A stretch of DNA of 64,000 nucleotides from Nostoc sp. DedSLP01 (GCA_034530875.2 JAVRCJ020000005.1:128001-192000); one strand, 5' to 3'. Counted from the stretch's first letter, positions 42,001 through 51,917 are shown. Program-made: numbers and translations. Notes: generated by a model from the letters alone, not told the origin.

Positions 42001-44730
42001 CGAGATACTGACAATTACTCTTGAGCCGTCGCGTTTGCAGCGGTACGTTTCTATCCCAAAAAAGCTTTCCCCCTTCATCACTGCTTCTCTGGTTTGGCGG
42101 CATTCCTCTTGTTTTTCTGGCGGCACAATGGGAATCGGTTTGCCTAAGACTTCTGCTGCACTCCAATCAAAAAGCTTTTCGGCTGCTGGGTTCCACAGTT
42201 GCACGATACAATCGCGTTCGATAATCGCGATCGCTAAGGGCGAGGCTGCAATCAAAGTTTGCAATGTATGCAGAGTGCGTTGCATTTGCTGTTCTGAGAG
42301 TTTGCGGCCGGTAATATCGAGGGTAACACCAATCGTCTGCTGGGGTTGACCGTTAGCATCGTAGAGCGCTCGACCTCGGTCAATAATCCAATGCAGGCTG
42401 CCGTCTGGCCAGAAGATGCGATATTCCGCATCGTAATCAATGCCATCGGCGATCGCTTCTTGCACCTTCTGTTGAACGGATTGGCGATCGTCAGGATGAA
42501 TGAATTCAAACAGCCGTTGGTAAGATAACTCCGCCTCTGGGGGCAGCCCAAAGTTTAGTTTACAGCGATCGGAAGTATCCAGGACTCCCGTTACCAGATT
42601 TAGCTGCCAAGAGCCAAGCTTGCCAGTTTGCAGCGCAATTTTCAACCGTTCTTCATTTTCACGCAGATTAGCTTCGTCCAGAACGCGCTGAGTAATATCG
42701 ACAAATGCCGCCAGAACGCCCCTTACTTTGCGATGTTCGTCTAATAATGGCGAGGCATAACAAAGCAGTTTAATGACTGTGCCATCAGCATGTACGATGT
42801 CTACCACTTCATCCTGCACTGATGTGTTGTGCAGCGCTGCATACTGCATCGGTAAGTCTGCAATGGCAATGTCTTCGCCGTCTCGACATAAGCGATAGGC
42901 AGGGCGTTCGTTGGTAGGAGCGCCTAAAGAAGCATTTCCTCCTATGGGAACTCGAATCAGTTGCGACAGGTAAGGATTGACGCGAATCGTTTTGCACTCT
43001 GGGTCTTGTGCGATCGCCACGCCAATGGGCAGCAATTCAAATAGAGTTTGTAGTTCGTTGACGCGCTGGATGAGTTGCTGATTGAGCTGTTGAATTTCGA
43101 CTTCGGCTTGTTTGCGATCGGTGATGTCTACAGCAGCGCCGTAAAGCACTTGTTCTTCTAGGTTGGGCTTTGCCTTCCAAAGCAACCAACGGTAGGAACC
43201 ATCTTTGTGTCGATAACGGTTCTCAAACCTCATGGTTTCATTGCCAGAAAATAGACTGCCAGTTTCCGAGACCGAGGCGCTGATGTCCTCCGGGTGGACA
43301 AAATCTGTCCAAGGACGGGATGTCATTTCTTGTGCTGTCCAGCCGAGTATGCGCTCAAAGGTCGGGCTGACCCATTTAAAGTACCCATTTATACTAGTAA
43401 TGACTTGTAAATCGGAACCAACAGCGAGAAATCGTTCGCGATCGCCTTCGACTTGTTTGCGATTGCTGATGTCGGCAAATAGAATCGCAAATTTGTGGCT
43501 TTGGGCTGCATCGATGCCAAACGCTTTCACATCAAACCAGCGATTATTCATGGCAACGGATTGAGCCTCAAACCGAATCGGTTGACCTGTCAGTACTACT
43601 TGGCCGTAAATCTCCAACCAAGAAGCTTCGAGATTGGGCATGAGTTCTCGTGCCGTCTTCCCCGTAGCTTGTTTCAACCCCGTCATTGTTTCAAAAGCCG
43701 GATTGACTTTCAGCAGTCGGTAATCAATTGGTCTGCCGTTTTCGTCAAACAGCATTTGGCAGATGCAGAAGCCTTCATCTATGGATTCAAACAATGTGCG
43801 ATATTCGGCTTCGGATTTCTGTAAGGCCAGATGAGAGCGATCGCGCTCGAAGACAATACTAGCAACTTGCGTGCCAAAGTCTGCCAGTTGATACTCCCAA
43901 TCAGTCGGCGTCCGCGATCGGTCAAAGCAAAGCATCAACGACCCCAGGGGTTGCCCATCCGCGCCCATCACTGGCTGGGAATGACACGCCAGAATGCCGT
44001 GAGCCACACATAAATCTCGCCATTCCTTCGACCAGCGATCGTCATTGGCAATATCTGCACAGTTAATCGGCTTGCCCCGATACACTGCCTCGCCGCAGGT
44101 ACCAATGCACAAATCGTTAATGGGAGCATCCTTGAGTCCTTCCCCAAAGGACGAAGCAAAGTCTGGTGTAATAGAACTTTTAAATGTAGCTCCTTGAGCG
44201 TCAGCCAGCAAAAAGCAGGCGCGCGTACCTGGATGCAGCCCAGACACCGACGCGCATATAGCAGCAAGGCATTCATTCAAAGGATGCCCGGAGGCAATTA
44301 ACTCCAGCAGTCGCTTTTGCTCGAATAATATCAGTTCGGTTTGTTTGCGTTGCCGACGTTCTTGGGTTTCTCGCAACGCCCGCTGCACCGCTGGTACTAG
44401 CCGCCCCAGCCGTTGCTTCAACACATAATCTGTAGCTCCACGTTTGAGCGTTTCAATTGCCAATTCCTCACCCAAACTCCGAGACACGAAAATGAATGGC
44501 ACATCAGGACGCAAATCGCAAGCAATTTCTAAAGCTGCAATGCCATCAAACTTTGGTAGCGCATAGTCTGCTAGGATGACATCGAACTCATCCCTCAAAA
44601 GTGCTGTAACAAAATCAGCACGAGTTTCTACTTGGACTAGTTCGCAGTCGATACCGCCACCCCTGAGGGTGACTTCAAGAATATCCGCATCTAAGCGATT
44701 ATCTTCGAGCAAGAGAAACCGGAGTGCCAT
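39091..44730 (-). CDS. Hybrid histidine kinase HK4 (REC-GAF, multiple PAS, GAF-HisKA-HATPase-REC)
   Basis: N-terminal REC (LLLED...ILADY...DYVLK), GGAGG RBS, LSHELRSPL; its stop overlaps the HK3 start (TAATG). Confidence 0.95.
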   Translation of the reverse strand: MALRFLLLEDNRLDADILEVTLRGGGIDCELVQVETRADFVTALLRDEFDVILADYALPKFDGIAALEIACDLRPDVPFIFVSRSLGEELAIETLKRGATDYVLKQRLGRLVPAVQRALRETQERRQRKQTELILFEQKRLLELIASGHPLNECLAAICASVSGLHPGTRACFLLADAQGATFKSSITPDFASSFGEGLKDAPINDLCIGTCGEAVYRGKPINCADIANDDRWSKEWRDLCVAHGILACHSQPVMGADGQPLGSLMLCFDRSRTPTDWEYQLADFGTQVASIVFERDRSHLALQKSEAEYRTLFESIDEGFCICQMLFDENGRPIDYRLLKVNPAFETMTGLKQATGKTARELMPNLEASWLEIYGQVVLTGQPIRFEAQSVAMNNRWFDVKAFGIDAAQSHKFAILFADISNRKQVEGDRERFLAVGSDLQVITSINGYFKWVSPTFERILGWTAQEMTSRPWTDFVHPEDISASVSETGSLFSGNETMRFENRYRHKDGSYRWLLWKAKPNLEEQVLYGAAVDITDRKQAEVEIQQLNQQLIQRVNELQTLFELLPIGVAIAQDPECKTIRVNPYLSQLIRVPIGGNASLGAPTNERPAYRLCRDGEDIAIADLPMQYAALHNTSVQDEVVDIVHADGTVIKLLCYASPLLDEHRKVRGVLAAFVDITQRVLDEANLRENEERLKIALQTGKLGSWQLNLVTGVLDTSDRCKLNFGLPPEAELSYQRLFEFIHPDDRQSVQQKVQEAIADGIDYDAEYRIFWPDGSLHWIIDRGRALYDANGQPQQTIGVTLDITGRKLSEQQMQRTLHTLQTLIAASPLAIAIIERDCIVQLWNPAAEKLFDWSAAEVLGKPIPIVPPEKQEECRQTREAVMKGESFFGIETYRCKRDGSRVIVSISAALLDSNNTMVLLFQDITERQQAQEALQSSQAQLQTLFNAAPLGVYSIDGDFRIRQVNPTALPAFADIPGLIGRDFAEVIHILWPQEYADEVVQRFRHTLETGEPYFVPEQIKQRRDRNAIEYYEWQINRIPLPEGRYGVVCYFRDISAQVLARIAIAESESRFRLMVESAKDYAIFTLDLNGTIASWNFGAQKLLGYTETEALGRNVRIIFTPEDNEQGRAEWEMQTALTQERADNERWHVRQDGTRFWASGLMMPLQNEAGDIHGFVKILQDKTAKRQADQRLHLLYETTRDLLAAAHPMQLMTNLFSKLSEQLELHCYYNYMVEEKDNRLMLHLTNYGGLADDVARSIEWVDFGQYMCGLVAQQQRQIVLDAAQIAREPHAKMLNSMKITAYAGQPLIVRGRLLGSLSFCSLIRERFTLEETNLLQSTCDQIAIALERAELLSSIQQQAEQLQQANRIKDEFLAVLSHELRSPLNPILGWSQLLKTAKLDEAKTAQALDVIERNAKLQSELIEDLLDVSRILRGKLSLKVSRVDLVRTIQAAMETVRLAARAKSINLGFPILDLGLEIEEGRRQDSAALASPRASAEGRRSKLQGDSTPPEGEPLNESSMGVLNPCSPWPQQSTEGSIPSASCPLPSAFLDRDSQEPAEKPKSKIRQPESVAQETAQLWGFPPYTTGLDSPSGASDSLTFTYGNSPNPKFQVSGDPNRLQQVIWNLLSNAVKFTDVGGRVDIRLERVGGFAQISISDTGRGIDPDFLPFVFDYFRQEDGATTRKFGGLGLGLAIVRHLVELHGGTVQAQSRGVGQGATFIVRLPSLLNPSPINSDNRQSQPSLSLQGIKVLVVDDDTDTREFLAFMLKHYQAEVTAVASAVEAIATLTQSQSDVLVSDIGMPQMDGYMLMRQVRALAPAQGGQIKAIALTAYAGEIDYQQAMLAGFQRHVPKPVEPEVLVKAITDLVQQVGGQTKP

Positions 44731-44933
44731 TATTATTCCTCCTGCTGGAATTTAGGTAACAAAAAGTAGAACTGTGCGTTATTATAACGATTTGCAACAG
44801 TGCGATTAAGTTACAGGTAAATTCTAAAAAGCACCCTTGAAATCCCTGCCCAAATTCTTTAGGATGCTTTACACCAATGCTGGGGCGGCTAGCATCGTTA
44901 TATACTGGTGTCTTCAGGTCAGGGGGCACAATC

Positions 44934-45176
44934 TCAACTCCTCCCAGAGGAAAAATACTTGGCTAGTAAATCTTCACCGCGATCGCCCAAGGAGTACAAT
45001 ACTGCTTCAATTTGTTTCAATGCCAGTGGTAAAGGCTTTGTCCGTCCGTTCTCCCATCGATTCACGCTATGGAACGAAACTCCCAGTTTCTCTGCAAATT
45101 TGACCTGTGAGAGTTCAAGGCGGACTCTTGTCTCACGGATCAACTCTGCAAGCTCTGTTTTCTCCATTGCACCCAT
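44934..45176 (-). CDS. XRE-family HTH regulator
   Basis: LSQVKFAEKLGVSFHSVNRWENGRTKP. Confidence 0.88.
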   Translation of the reverse strand: MGAMEKTELAELIRETRVRLELSQVKFAEKLGVSFHSVNRWENGRTKPLPLALKQIEAVLYSLGDRGEDLLAKYFSSGRS

Positions 45177-45580
45177 GAATGCGGATACCTTTGATTGTTA
45201 TAAATGAGCAAGCTATAGCAGGTGCGATAGTTTGCTGTTAAATATACCATATTGATTTGTTTTTATAGTTTCTACTGCAAGAAACAGAACGTCTGTTTTA
45301 CAAAACTTTGTTGAGTACAAAACTTCGTAACAATTTGCTCTTCGATAAAAGTGTAAGTAGTTAGTACAGATTGGTGTAAAATCGTACAAAATTGACGGTT
45401 GAAATTTAAACGCAAAGGAGTGCAGAGTTAAGCGCAAAGTTACGCAGAGATTCGCTAAAAACTAATTAAATAATAGCAATTTTCATTAATATTAATTCTA
45501 TTTTTAAATCTCTAGTTTTACTTTTTATCTATAAAATTAATTAAAATATATTTTTATTCCTAGCCGTTCGCTTAATCTGT

Positions 45581-46340
45581 ATTTCAATCCCTAATAGGGA
45601 TTTTAGTTAATTGCAATGTGGTTTTTGGCGAAGTGCAATATTTACCGCGAAGTTTCAATCCCTAATAGGGATTTTAGTTAATTGCAATAGTAACAGGTCT
45701 AGGCGTTGCCATAGTTTCGCGCGTTTCAATCCCTAATAGGGATTTTAGTTAATTGCAATACGCGATCGCCTAATTTCAGATCCAGCTACCAACACGTTTC
45801 AATCCCTAATAGGGATTTTAGTTAATTGCAATGGGCATCGTGGGGATAAGATAGGCGATCGCTTCGGTTTCAATCCCTAATAGGGATTTTAGTTAATTGC
45901 AATTTTCGGTAATTTTTTCTTTAAGCCAAGATGCTATGTGTTTCAATCCCTAATAGGGATTTTAGTTAATTGCAATTTTGATGAGTTGGTGAATGTGGGC
46001 GTCGGCTAATTTGTTTCAATCCCTAATAGGGATTTTAGTTAATTGCAATTATCTCAATCGCTGGGGCGAAATCCTACAATAGCGGGTTTCAATCCCTAAT
46101 AGGGATTTTAGTTAATTGCAATTTTCTGATACTGGCAGCCTTTGGGTACTATTCAGGGTTTCAATCCCTAATAGGGATTTTAGTTAATTGCAATTTTTAT
46201 TAGCCTTAATACCTTCAATATCCCTGTGCTGGTTTCAATCCCTAATAGGGATTTTAGTTAATTGCAATTTTTTGGTTACGTTTTTTGACGCCGTTAACCG
46301 GTTGTTTCAATCCCTAATAGGGATTTTAGTTAATTGCAAT
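45581..46340 (-). CRISPR. CRISPR array: 11 repeats of 37 nt, 10 spacers of 34-37 nt, no adjacent cas genes
   Basis: Repeat GTTTCAATCCCTAATAGGGATTTTAGTTAATTGCAAT (+) starts at 45581 (G>A variant), 45652, 45723, 45796, 45867, 45940, 46013, 46086, 46158, 46232, 46304. The variant left repeat and the ATTGAAAC 3' end on minus imply minus-strand transcription; resembles Nostocales type I-D repeats. Confidence 0.98.
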
Positions 46341-46570
46341 TGGCTGACGCCTGAAAGTGCTGCTATATTTAGTTTTCAAGGTTCTGTTGCGCGGATGGGC
46401 AAATCATAACACAACCGATGGTGATTTGACTAGACAAAAATCGTTGAAAGCTAGGCCAGATAAGGTGCGCGGATGGTTTTGAGAAGAAACCGCAGTCAAA
46501 TGCTTACATAGAGGGCAATTCAGCGATTTTTGTAGTTACCTGTTTACGAACACCTACCCATCCGCGCATT
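46341..46570 (-). promoter_or_regulatory. Probable CRISPR leader
   Basis: Non-coding flank at the non-degenerate end, with three copies of TGCGCGGATGG. Confidence 0.7.
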
Positions 46571-46612
46571 CTGCACAGAAGTTAGTCTAATTAGAAAGCT
46601 GTTAGCTATCAA

Positions 46613-46819
46613 TAGACCTGCCTTGAAAATAGGGACTGGGGACTGGGGACTAGGGAAGAGATATTTTTATTGTTGCTTGTGAGTTCCACTCATGGAGTAA
46701 GAGTGCAAAAGTCTTTTTGCATTCTTGGGGTAAAGGGATGTATCTAAAAGGGAAAGGGTTTTTTCTTATCCCTTTCTCCTTTCCCCCTTACCCTTTTCCC
46801 GACTTCTGCAAGAAGGCTA
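46613..46819. mobile_element. MITE-like repeat, copy 2 (composite, with GGGGACT heptamers)
   Basis: Right ~115 nt are the reverse complement of the 24649-24773 element with scattered mismatches. Confidence 0.65.
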
Positions 46820-46847
46820 ATGACTTTAACTAATTTAAGGCAATCGG

Positions 46848-47600
46848 CTAAACTAACATTTGTAAAATTTTTTCCATACGATCCAAGTCTCCAACGATGC
46901 GCCGAATTGGGTGAGGCCAAACCTTGACAAGGGTAGGAGTAGCAGAAACTTGATCGATTTCTGCTTGTTCTGGATTAGTTAAAACATCAACCACTTTTAA
47001 AGTATAGGGGTGTCTGAGCGATCGCTCTAACAATTCGTGTAGATTTTGCAGGATGCGTTCGGTAGTTCCGCTATGTCCAGCAACAAACAAGCGCAAGACA
47101 TAGCCTTGTGTTGTTAATTGCTCTTTTTGTGCTACTACTGGTTGGTGGTATTTTGGCACGGGTTCAGAAAGATCTAAGCGTACAATTAAATCGTGATCCT
47201 CCCAAAGCTGAGGAAATGTGGAACGATAAGTTGTAAGTACCATGCGATCGCACAATCCTTCTTGCCAAGGAGCTGCTTGCCATACTAACTCCTCTGTACC
47301 AAAAATGGCATTCAGCAAAGCCTGATATCTAATTACAGCCGGATAAGCTTCAGCAAAAGTTCGCACCTGTTGAGTCCGCGGATCTAACCAGTGATCAATA
47401 GTTGCAGTATAACAAGGCACTAAAAAGTGCGGTGGCTCTGGTAAATCTAAAATTTCCTGCAAAGCAGAACACAAATGCAAATGCCATCGACCCTGCTTGC
47501 TAGGGTCGATGCAATAAATCAAATCTCCTCCAGGCGTAAATAGCGCAATGCCTTTAAACAACTGGGGTGTAGATAGTTTGTTGGTGGTCAAGTTATTCAT
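46848..47600 (-). CDS. KaiB-domain protein
   Basis: C-terminal YVLRLFVAG...YTLKVVDVL...ATPTLVKVWPHPIRRIVGDL KaiB fold; long N-terminal extension, so not canonical kaiB. Confidence 0.87.
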   Translation of the reverse strand: MNNLTTNKLSTPQLFKGIALFTPGGDLIYCIDPSKQGRWHLHLCSALQEILDLPEPPHFLVPCYTATIDHWLDPRTQQVRTFAEAYPAVIRYQALLNAIFGTEELVWQAAPWQEGLCDRMVLTTYRSTFPQLWEDHDLIVRLDLSEPVPKYHQPVVAQKEQLTTQGYVLRLFVAGHSGTTERILQNLHELLERSLRHPYTLKVVDVLTNPEQAEIDQVSATPTLVKVWPHPIRRIVGDLDRMEKILQMLV

Positions 47601-47806
47601 AAAAGCTAAGTAAAAAGTAAAAAATTCCTCTTTTACCTTTTACCTTAACGATAACCGCAACCAGGAGTGCAAAGATATTTGAGGATTGGGAACTGGGGAC
47701 TGGTGACTGGGGATTAGGTACTAGTCAATAATTATTAGTTATTGTCCCACTACTTCCGATTTCCCCCAGTCCCCAGTCCCTAGTCACCAGTCACCAGTCA
47801 CCAACC

Positions 47807-49093
47807 CTAAACCCGACCTCGGAGAAACTGTGCCATTTCGTTGGGAGTTGGTGACATTTCTAGAGCAGTTTCTTCAGTAATGCGACCTTCTTGATAAAGA
47901 TTCAGCAACGACTGGTTCATAGTCACCATGCCGTCAAAGCTGGCTTGTTTCATCAATTCGGTAATTTCATCATACTTACCGTCTTTGATCCATTCCTTAA
48001 TTGCTTCAGTATTGATCAAGATATCGTGGAAAGCAGCACGTTTGCCGTCAGTTGTACGGCACAAACCTTGGGCAATTACTGCGACTAAAGACTCAGAAAT
48101 TGCCACGCGCATAGCATCTTGTTCTTCACCAGAGTAGAGGTTGAGTATCCGTTCAATGGTTTTAACAGCGCTATTGGTGTGCAAGGTTCCCATTACCAAG
48201 TGACCAGTTTGAGCAGCTTTCAGGGCGGTGTTGACTGTTTCTTTATCCCGCATTTCCCCCACTAGAATCAAATCTGGGTCTTCCCGCAAAGCTGCTTTCA
48301 AAGCGTTGTCAAATTTCCGGGTGTGCATTCCCACTTCCCGCTGTTTGACTAAGGACTTACGACTTTGATGGACAAATTCTATCGGATCTTCAATGGTGAT
48401 GATATGTTTAGCCATCTCTTTATTGATGTAGTCAATCATCGCTGCCATTGTTGTAGACTTACCAGAACCAGTAGGCCCGGTTACTAAAATTAAGCCTTTA
48501 TGGTGGTGACAAATATCCCGAAAAACTGGAGGTAATCTCAACTGTTCCATAGTTAAGATTTTCAACGGAATCAACCGCAATACCATTGCAGGCCCTTTGA
48601 GAGAGCCAAAGACGTTAATCCGCACGCGAGCAAAATCGTACTGAGTCGCGCCGTCAAATTCTAAGGATTCTTCAAAGCGTTGAATTTCTGCCTCAGTCAT
48701 CACCTCCCTCAACCAACCCATCAAAGCTTCTTTATCCGTTTCTGGATACTCGGTTGATTGAATTTCTCCTCGGTTGCGGAAACGAGGTACTTCGCCTACG
48801 CCCAGGTGAATATCAGAATATCCGCGATCGTAAGCTTCTTTAATAATCTGCGCTAAAGTCAGCTTTGGAGTGCTATTTTTCGGTTGCGCTGAACTGGGTA
48901 TTGGGGGTGGCGTACCCGGACGATGAGCAGGAGCAGGCGCAGGGTTCGCAACAGGAGGGTTGCCACTCATATCCAATGTTTGTGTCATCTGACGTTGCGT
49001 ACTAAACGTTGGCGGTGGTGGCGGCATTGGTGGCATTGGTGGCGCACCGTTACGTCCAGCAGCAGAGTTTAATGGAGACTGTGATTCTGTCAT
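47807..49093 (-). CDS. pilT: Type IV pilus retraction ATPase PilT (PilT2-like, Pro-rich N-terminus)
   Basis: SDIHL, GPTGSGKSTT, TIEDPIE, ALREDPD, GEMRD and TGHLVMGTLH. Confidence 0.93.
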   Translation of the reverse strand: MTESQSPLNSAAGRNGAPPMPPMPPPPPTFSTQRQMTQTLDMSGNPPVANPAPAPAHRPGTPPPIPSSAQPKNSTPKLTLAQIIKEAYDRGYSDIHLGVGEVPRFRNRGEIQSTEYPETDKEALMGWLREVMTEAEIQRFEESLEFDGATQYDFARVRINVFGSLKGPAMVLRLIPLKILTMEQLRLPPVFRDICHHHKGLILVTGPTGSGKSTTMAAMIDYINKEMAKHIITIEDPIEFVHQSRKSLVKQREVGMHTRKFDNALKAALREDPDLILVGEMRDKETVNTALKAAQTGHLVMGTLHTNSAVKTIERILNLYSGEEQDAMRVAISESLVAVIAQGLCRTTDGKRAAFHDILINTEAIKEWIKDGKYDEITELMKQASFDGMVTMNQSLLNLYQEGRITEETALEMSPTPNEMAQFLRGRV

Positions 49094-49822
49094 ATATCTT
49101 CACATTTGCTGTTAAAAATTTGAATTTGTAAGAAGTCAAGTCACTTTCTGAGAGTGGCTATGAAAAATGCTGCCGTGCCAGTCATAGCAGTAATGCAGGG
49201 CGATTGAAACTCTAGAATCACCGTCAATACATTAGATCTCCCTCCATTTGTATCTTTATTTGCCGTTAATTTAATTAATCAGAAGTTGTATAAAAGCAAT
49301 TTAGCCTGTATAACCTGGTTTAACATATATAAGACCTCCTTTTACCTCAGGAAATACCCTGTAATAGCAGGTAATTTAAATCACTCTTTTCTTTGTATTA
49401 AACATTCAAACTTTATTAAATGAGAAATTTATCTCCACTCTGGAGTTTAATTGCTAGCAGTTAACAACACAAACATTAGTAATTAATGAATTCAGCCAAT
49501 CTTGAGAATTATGAGAAACAGTCCAAATAATTATAAGAAATGTTAAGCGAACGCGAATCATCGGCTGGGGATCGAGTCTAAAAGCTGATGTCTTTTACCT
49601 TCTATTCCTCAAGACAGATGCTACAGACAACCTTTTTGAATAAAAAGCAACTGTAGTTTACATTCATAATTACAAAAAATTAACTGTAAAGTTTAGTAAA
49701 AAAATGCTCATTTTACTAATTAGGTTTTATATACTGAACTTCACTAAATGATTCAGTTTAATCGCAAAAGCGCTAAAAAACTGGAAGTTAAAAGTTGTTG
49801 TGTATTTTTGGGAGGAAAAGTC

Positions 49823-50197
49823 ATGGTTTCGGCTCAGAGCTCTAATCTAGGAAAGACCTACTCCTTGATGATGATTAAAAGCTTTTTAATATGGACTTTC
49901 ACATTGGCAGTATGCTTGCTGGTTGTCGGTTTTCCACTTGTTGTTTTGATGGCTACGGTCGGATGTCTGTTATCGATGATTTTGCAATCGGTAATGCCTG
50001 TTAGTGCTGTTTTGCTAGTAGCAGGTGGTTTAATCTTGTTTAATGTAATGGCAGTTGTATTTGCAGCAGGTGTCTTAACTGTTAAAGGAGTTCATCCTAA
50101 AGAGGTGAAATGGTTAAGTTGGCTGCATGGAGAGGCAGACCAAATGCAGACTACTGTTTACGCTGCTTGTCCTTTAACTTGTGAGATTAAAATGTAG
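49823..50197 (+). CDS. Hypothetical membrane protein
   Basis: GGAGG RBS before ATG 49823, hydrophobic segments, C-terminal CPLTC; followed by a terminator. Confidence 0.75.
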   Translation: MVSAQSSNLGKTYSLMMIKSFLIWTFTLAVCLLVVGFPLVVLMATVGCLLSMILQSVMPVSAVLLVAGGLILFNVMAVVFAAGVLTVKGVHPKEVKWLSWLHGEADQMQTTVYAACPLTCEIKM

Positions 50198-50231
50198 TCA
50201 TTACAATTAAATACGACAAACAGTGCGTCTG

Positions 50232-50252
50232 CCCGGTTAAGCCGGGTTTTTT
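50232..50252 (+). terminator. Intrinsic terminator
   Basis: CCCGG-TTAAG-CCGGG followed by TTTTTT. Confidence 0.75.
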
Positions 50253-50284
50253 CATGTTTTTATAAAAATTTTTGACCAAAATAA

Positions 50285-50601
50285 TGGGATACAAGCCCCG
50301 TCCTAAAGAAGCGGCTTTTGTTGGTTTTTAATGTACTGCTTTAAAACTTCTATTGGCACACCGCCTACGGAGACAGCAACTAGGACTCCATAGTGCTGGT
50401 TCGTGGAGCTTTTTGTACCCAGCCTGCCCATATCTGCGACTTGATACACCTGTTTAATGCGTTTACGATTTGGGAGACGGACAGCTTGGGCGGATACTCA
50501 ATCAACGCCTGAACGTGGTTGTCCTCACCATTAAATTCAAGCACCGATCTGTCAGCGAAGCGTCAAGAATCACCTCGCCTAAAGGCAGATGAGTATGTCA
50601 A
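50285..50601 (-). mobile_element. Decayed IS200/IS605-family element with tnpA fragment
   Basis: Minus strand reads VLEFNGEDNHVQALIEYPPKLSVSQIVNAL / KGVSSRRYGQAGY...LWSPS / AVSVGGVPIEVLKQYIKNQ across two frameshifts; hairpin-like ends, left end beginning TTGAC. Confidence 0.85.
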
Positions 50602-50790
50602 AAATGGGACGAGCCAAAAAATCAGCGATCGCGATCGTTAATAATGTTGGTAAATTAATATTCATAGCAAAAGCTAACTCAAATCCTGGGCTGGACGCCA
50701 AAATATCTGGTACATTTGCAAAATTGTACTTTTTTGACACGGCTGGGTAAAGAAACAGAACTATATAATTGTTCTTTACACATCACAAGC

Positions 50791-51711
50791 ATGGCAGCGT
50801 TGAACGGACGAGATTTATTAAGTCTGGCGGACATTAGTCCAACGGAAATTCAAGAACTTCTGCAATTGGCAACTCAACTTAAATCCAAACAGCTGAAGTT
50901 GCAGTGTAATAAAGTTTTGGGGTTGTTGTTCTCTAAAGCTTCGACTCGCACGCGAGTAAGTTTTACTGTGGCGATGTATCAACTCGGGGGACAGGTAATC
51001 GATCTTAACCCTAATGTTACTCAAGTTAGTCGCGGGGAACCCGTGCAAGATACGGCGCGAGTGTTAGATAGATATCTCGATATTTTGGCAATTCGCACTT
51101 TTGCACAGCAAGAATTGGAAACTTTTGCCAACTATGCCAAGATTCCAGTAATTAATGCCCTAACTGATGCAGAACATCCTTGTCAAGTATTAGCTGATTT
51201 ATTGACGATTCAAGAAGCTTTTAGCACTCTTGCTGGGTTAACTTTAACTTACGTGGGTGATGGAAATAATGTGGCTAATTCTTTGATGTTGGGCTGTGCT
51301 TTGGTGGGAATGAATGTCAGAATTGCCACTCCTAGTGGATTTGAGCCAGATCCTAAAATTGTAGAACAAGCAAGAGCGATCGCTAATAATAAAACTGAAG
51401 TCTTACTCACTCACGACCCAGAATTAGCCGCCAAAGGAAGTACCGTACTTTATACTGATGTTTGGGCAAGTATGGGACAAGAAGCAGAAGCAGACGATCG
51501 CTTACCAATTTTCCAACCTTACCAAATTTCCGAGCAGTTATTGAGCCTTGCTGAACCAGAGGCAATTGTTTTACACTGCTTACCAGCTCATCGTGGTGAA
51601 GAAATTACGGAAGCAGTTATTGAAGGTTCTCAATCACGAGTTTGGGAACAAGCAGAAAATCGCCTCCACGCGCAAAAGGCTTTGCTTGCTAGTATCTTAG
51701 GGGGAGAATGA
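50791..51711 (+). CDS. argF: Ornithine carbamoyltransferase
   Basis: STRTRVSF, HPCQVLAD, DVWASMG and HCLP. Confidence 0.97.
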   Translation: MAALNGRDLLSLADISPTEIQELLQLATQLKSKQLKLQCNKVLGLLFSKASTRTRVSFTVAMYQLGGQVIDLNPNVTQVSRGEPVQDTARVLDRYLDILAIRTFAQQELETFANYAKIPVINALTDAEHPCQVLADLLTIQEAFSTLAGLTLTYVGDGNNVANSLMLGCALVGMNVRIATPSGFEPDPKIVEQARAIANNKTEVLLTHDPELAAKGSTVLYTDVWASMGQEAEADDRLPIFQPYQISEQLLSLAEPEAIVLHCLPAHRGEEITEAVIEGSQSRVWEQAENRLHAQKALLASILGGE

Positions 51712-51917
51712 AGGGAGTTAGGAGTAGAGAAGCGATTAACCCAAGTCTGCCCAAGAGTTAGGAGTTAGGAGTTAAGAGTCAGAATAATGACGTGCGGCTG
51801 ACTCTTGACGATTTATTGGTAAAAAATGAAGAATAAATAAATGAAAGAAAAGAAAAAATATTCTTACTTTTATCTTTAGTATTTTTACTTTTCTATTGCT
51901 TATGGGGAGTTTTTTGT

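Noticed and set aside
27748..44276. Many short ORFs overlapping the four kinases
   Set aside because: Antisense or alternate-frame shadows with no recognisable motifs.
46188..46409. 73-aa ORF at the array end
   Set aside because: Translation of CRISPR repeats and spacers.
46848..47600. A kai clock locus
   Set aside because: Only a KaiB-like C-terminal domain; no kaiA or kaiC in the window.
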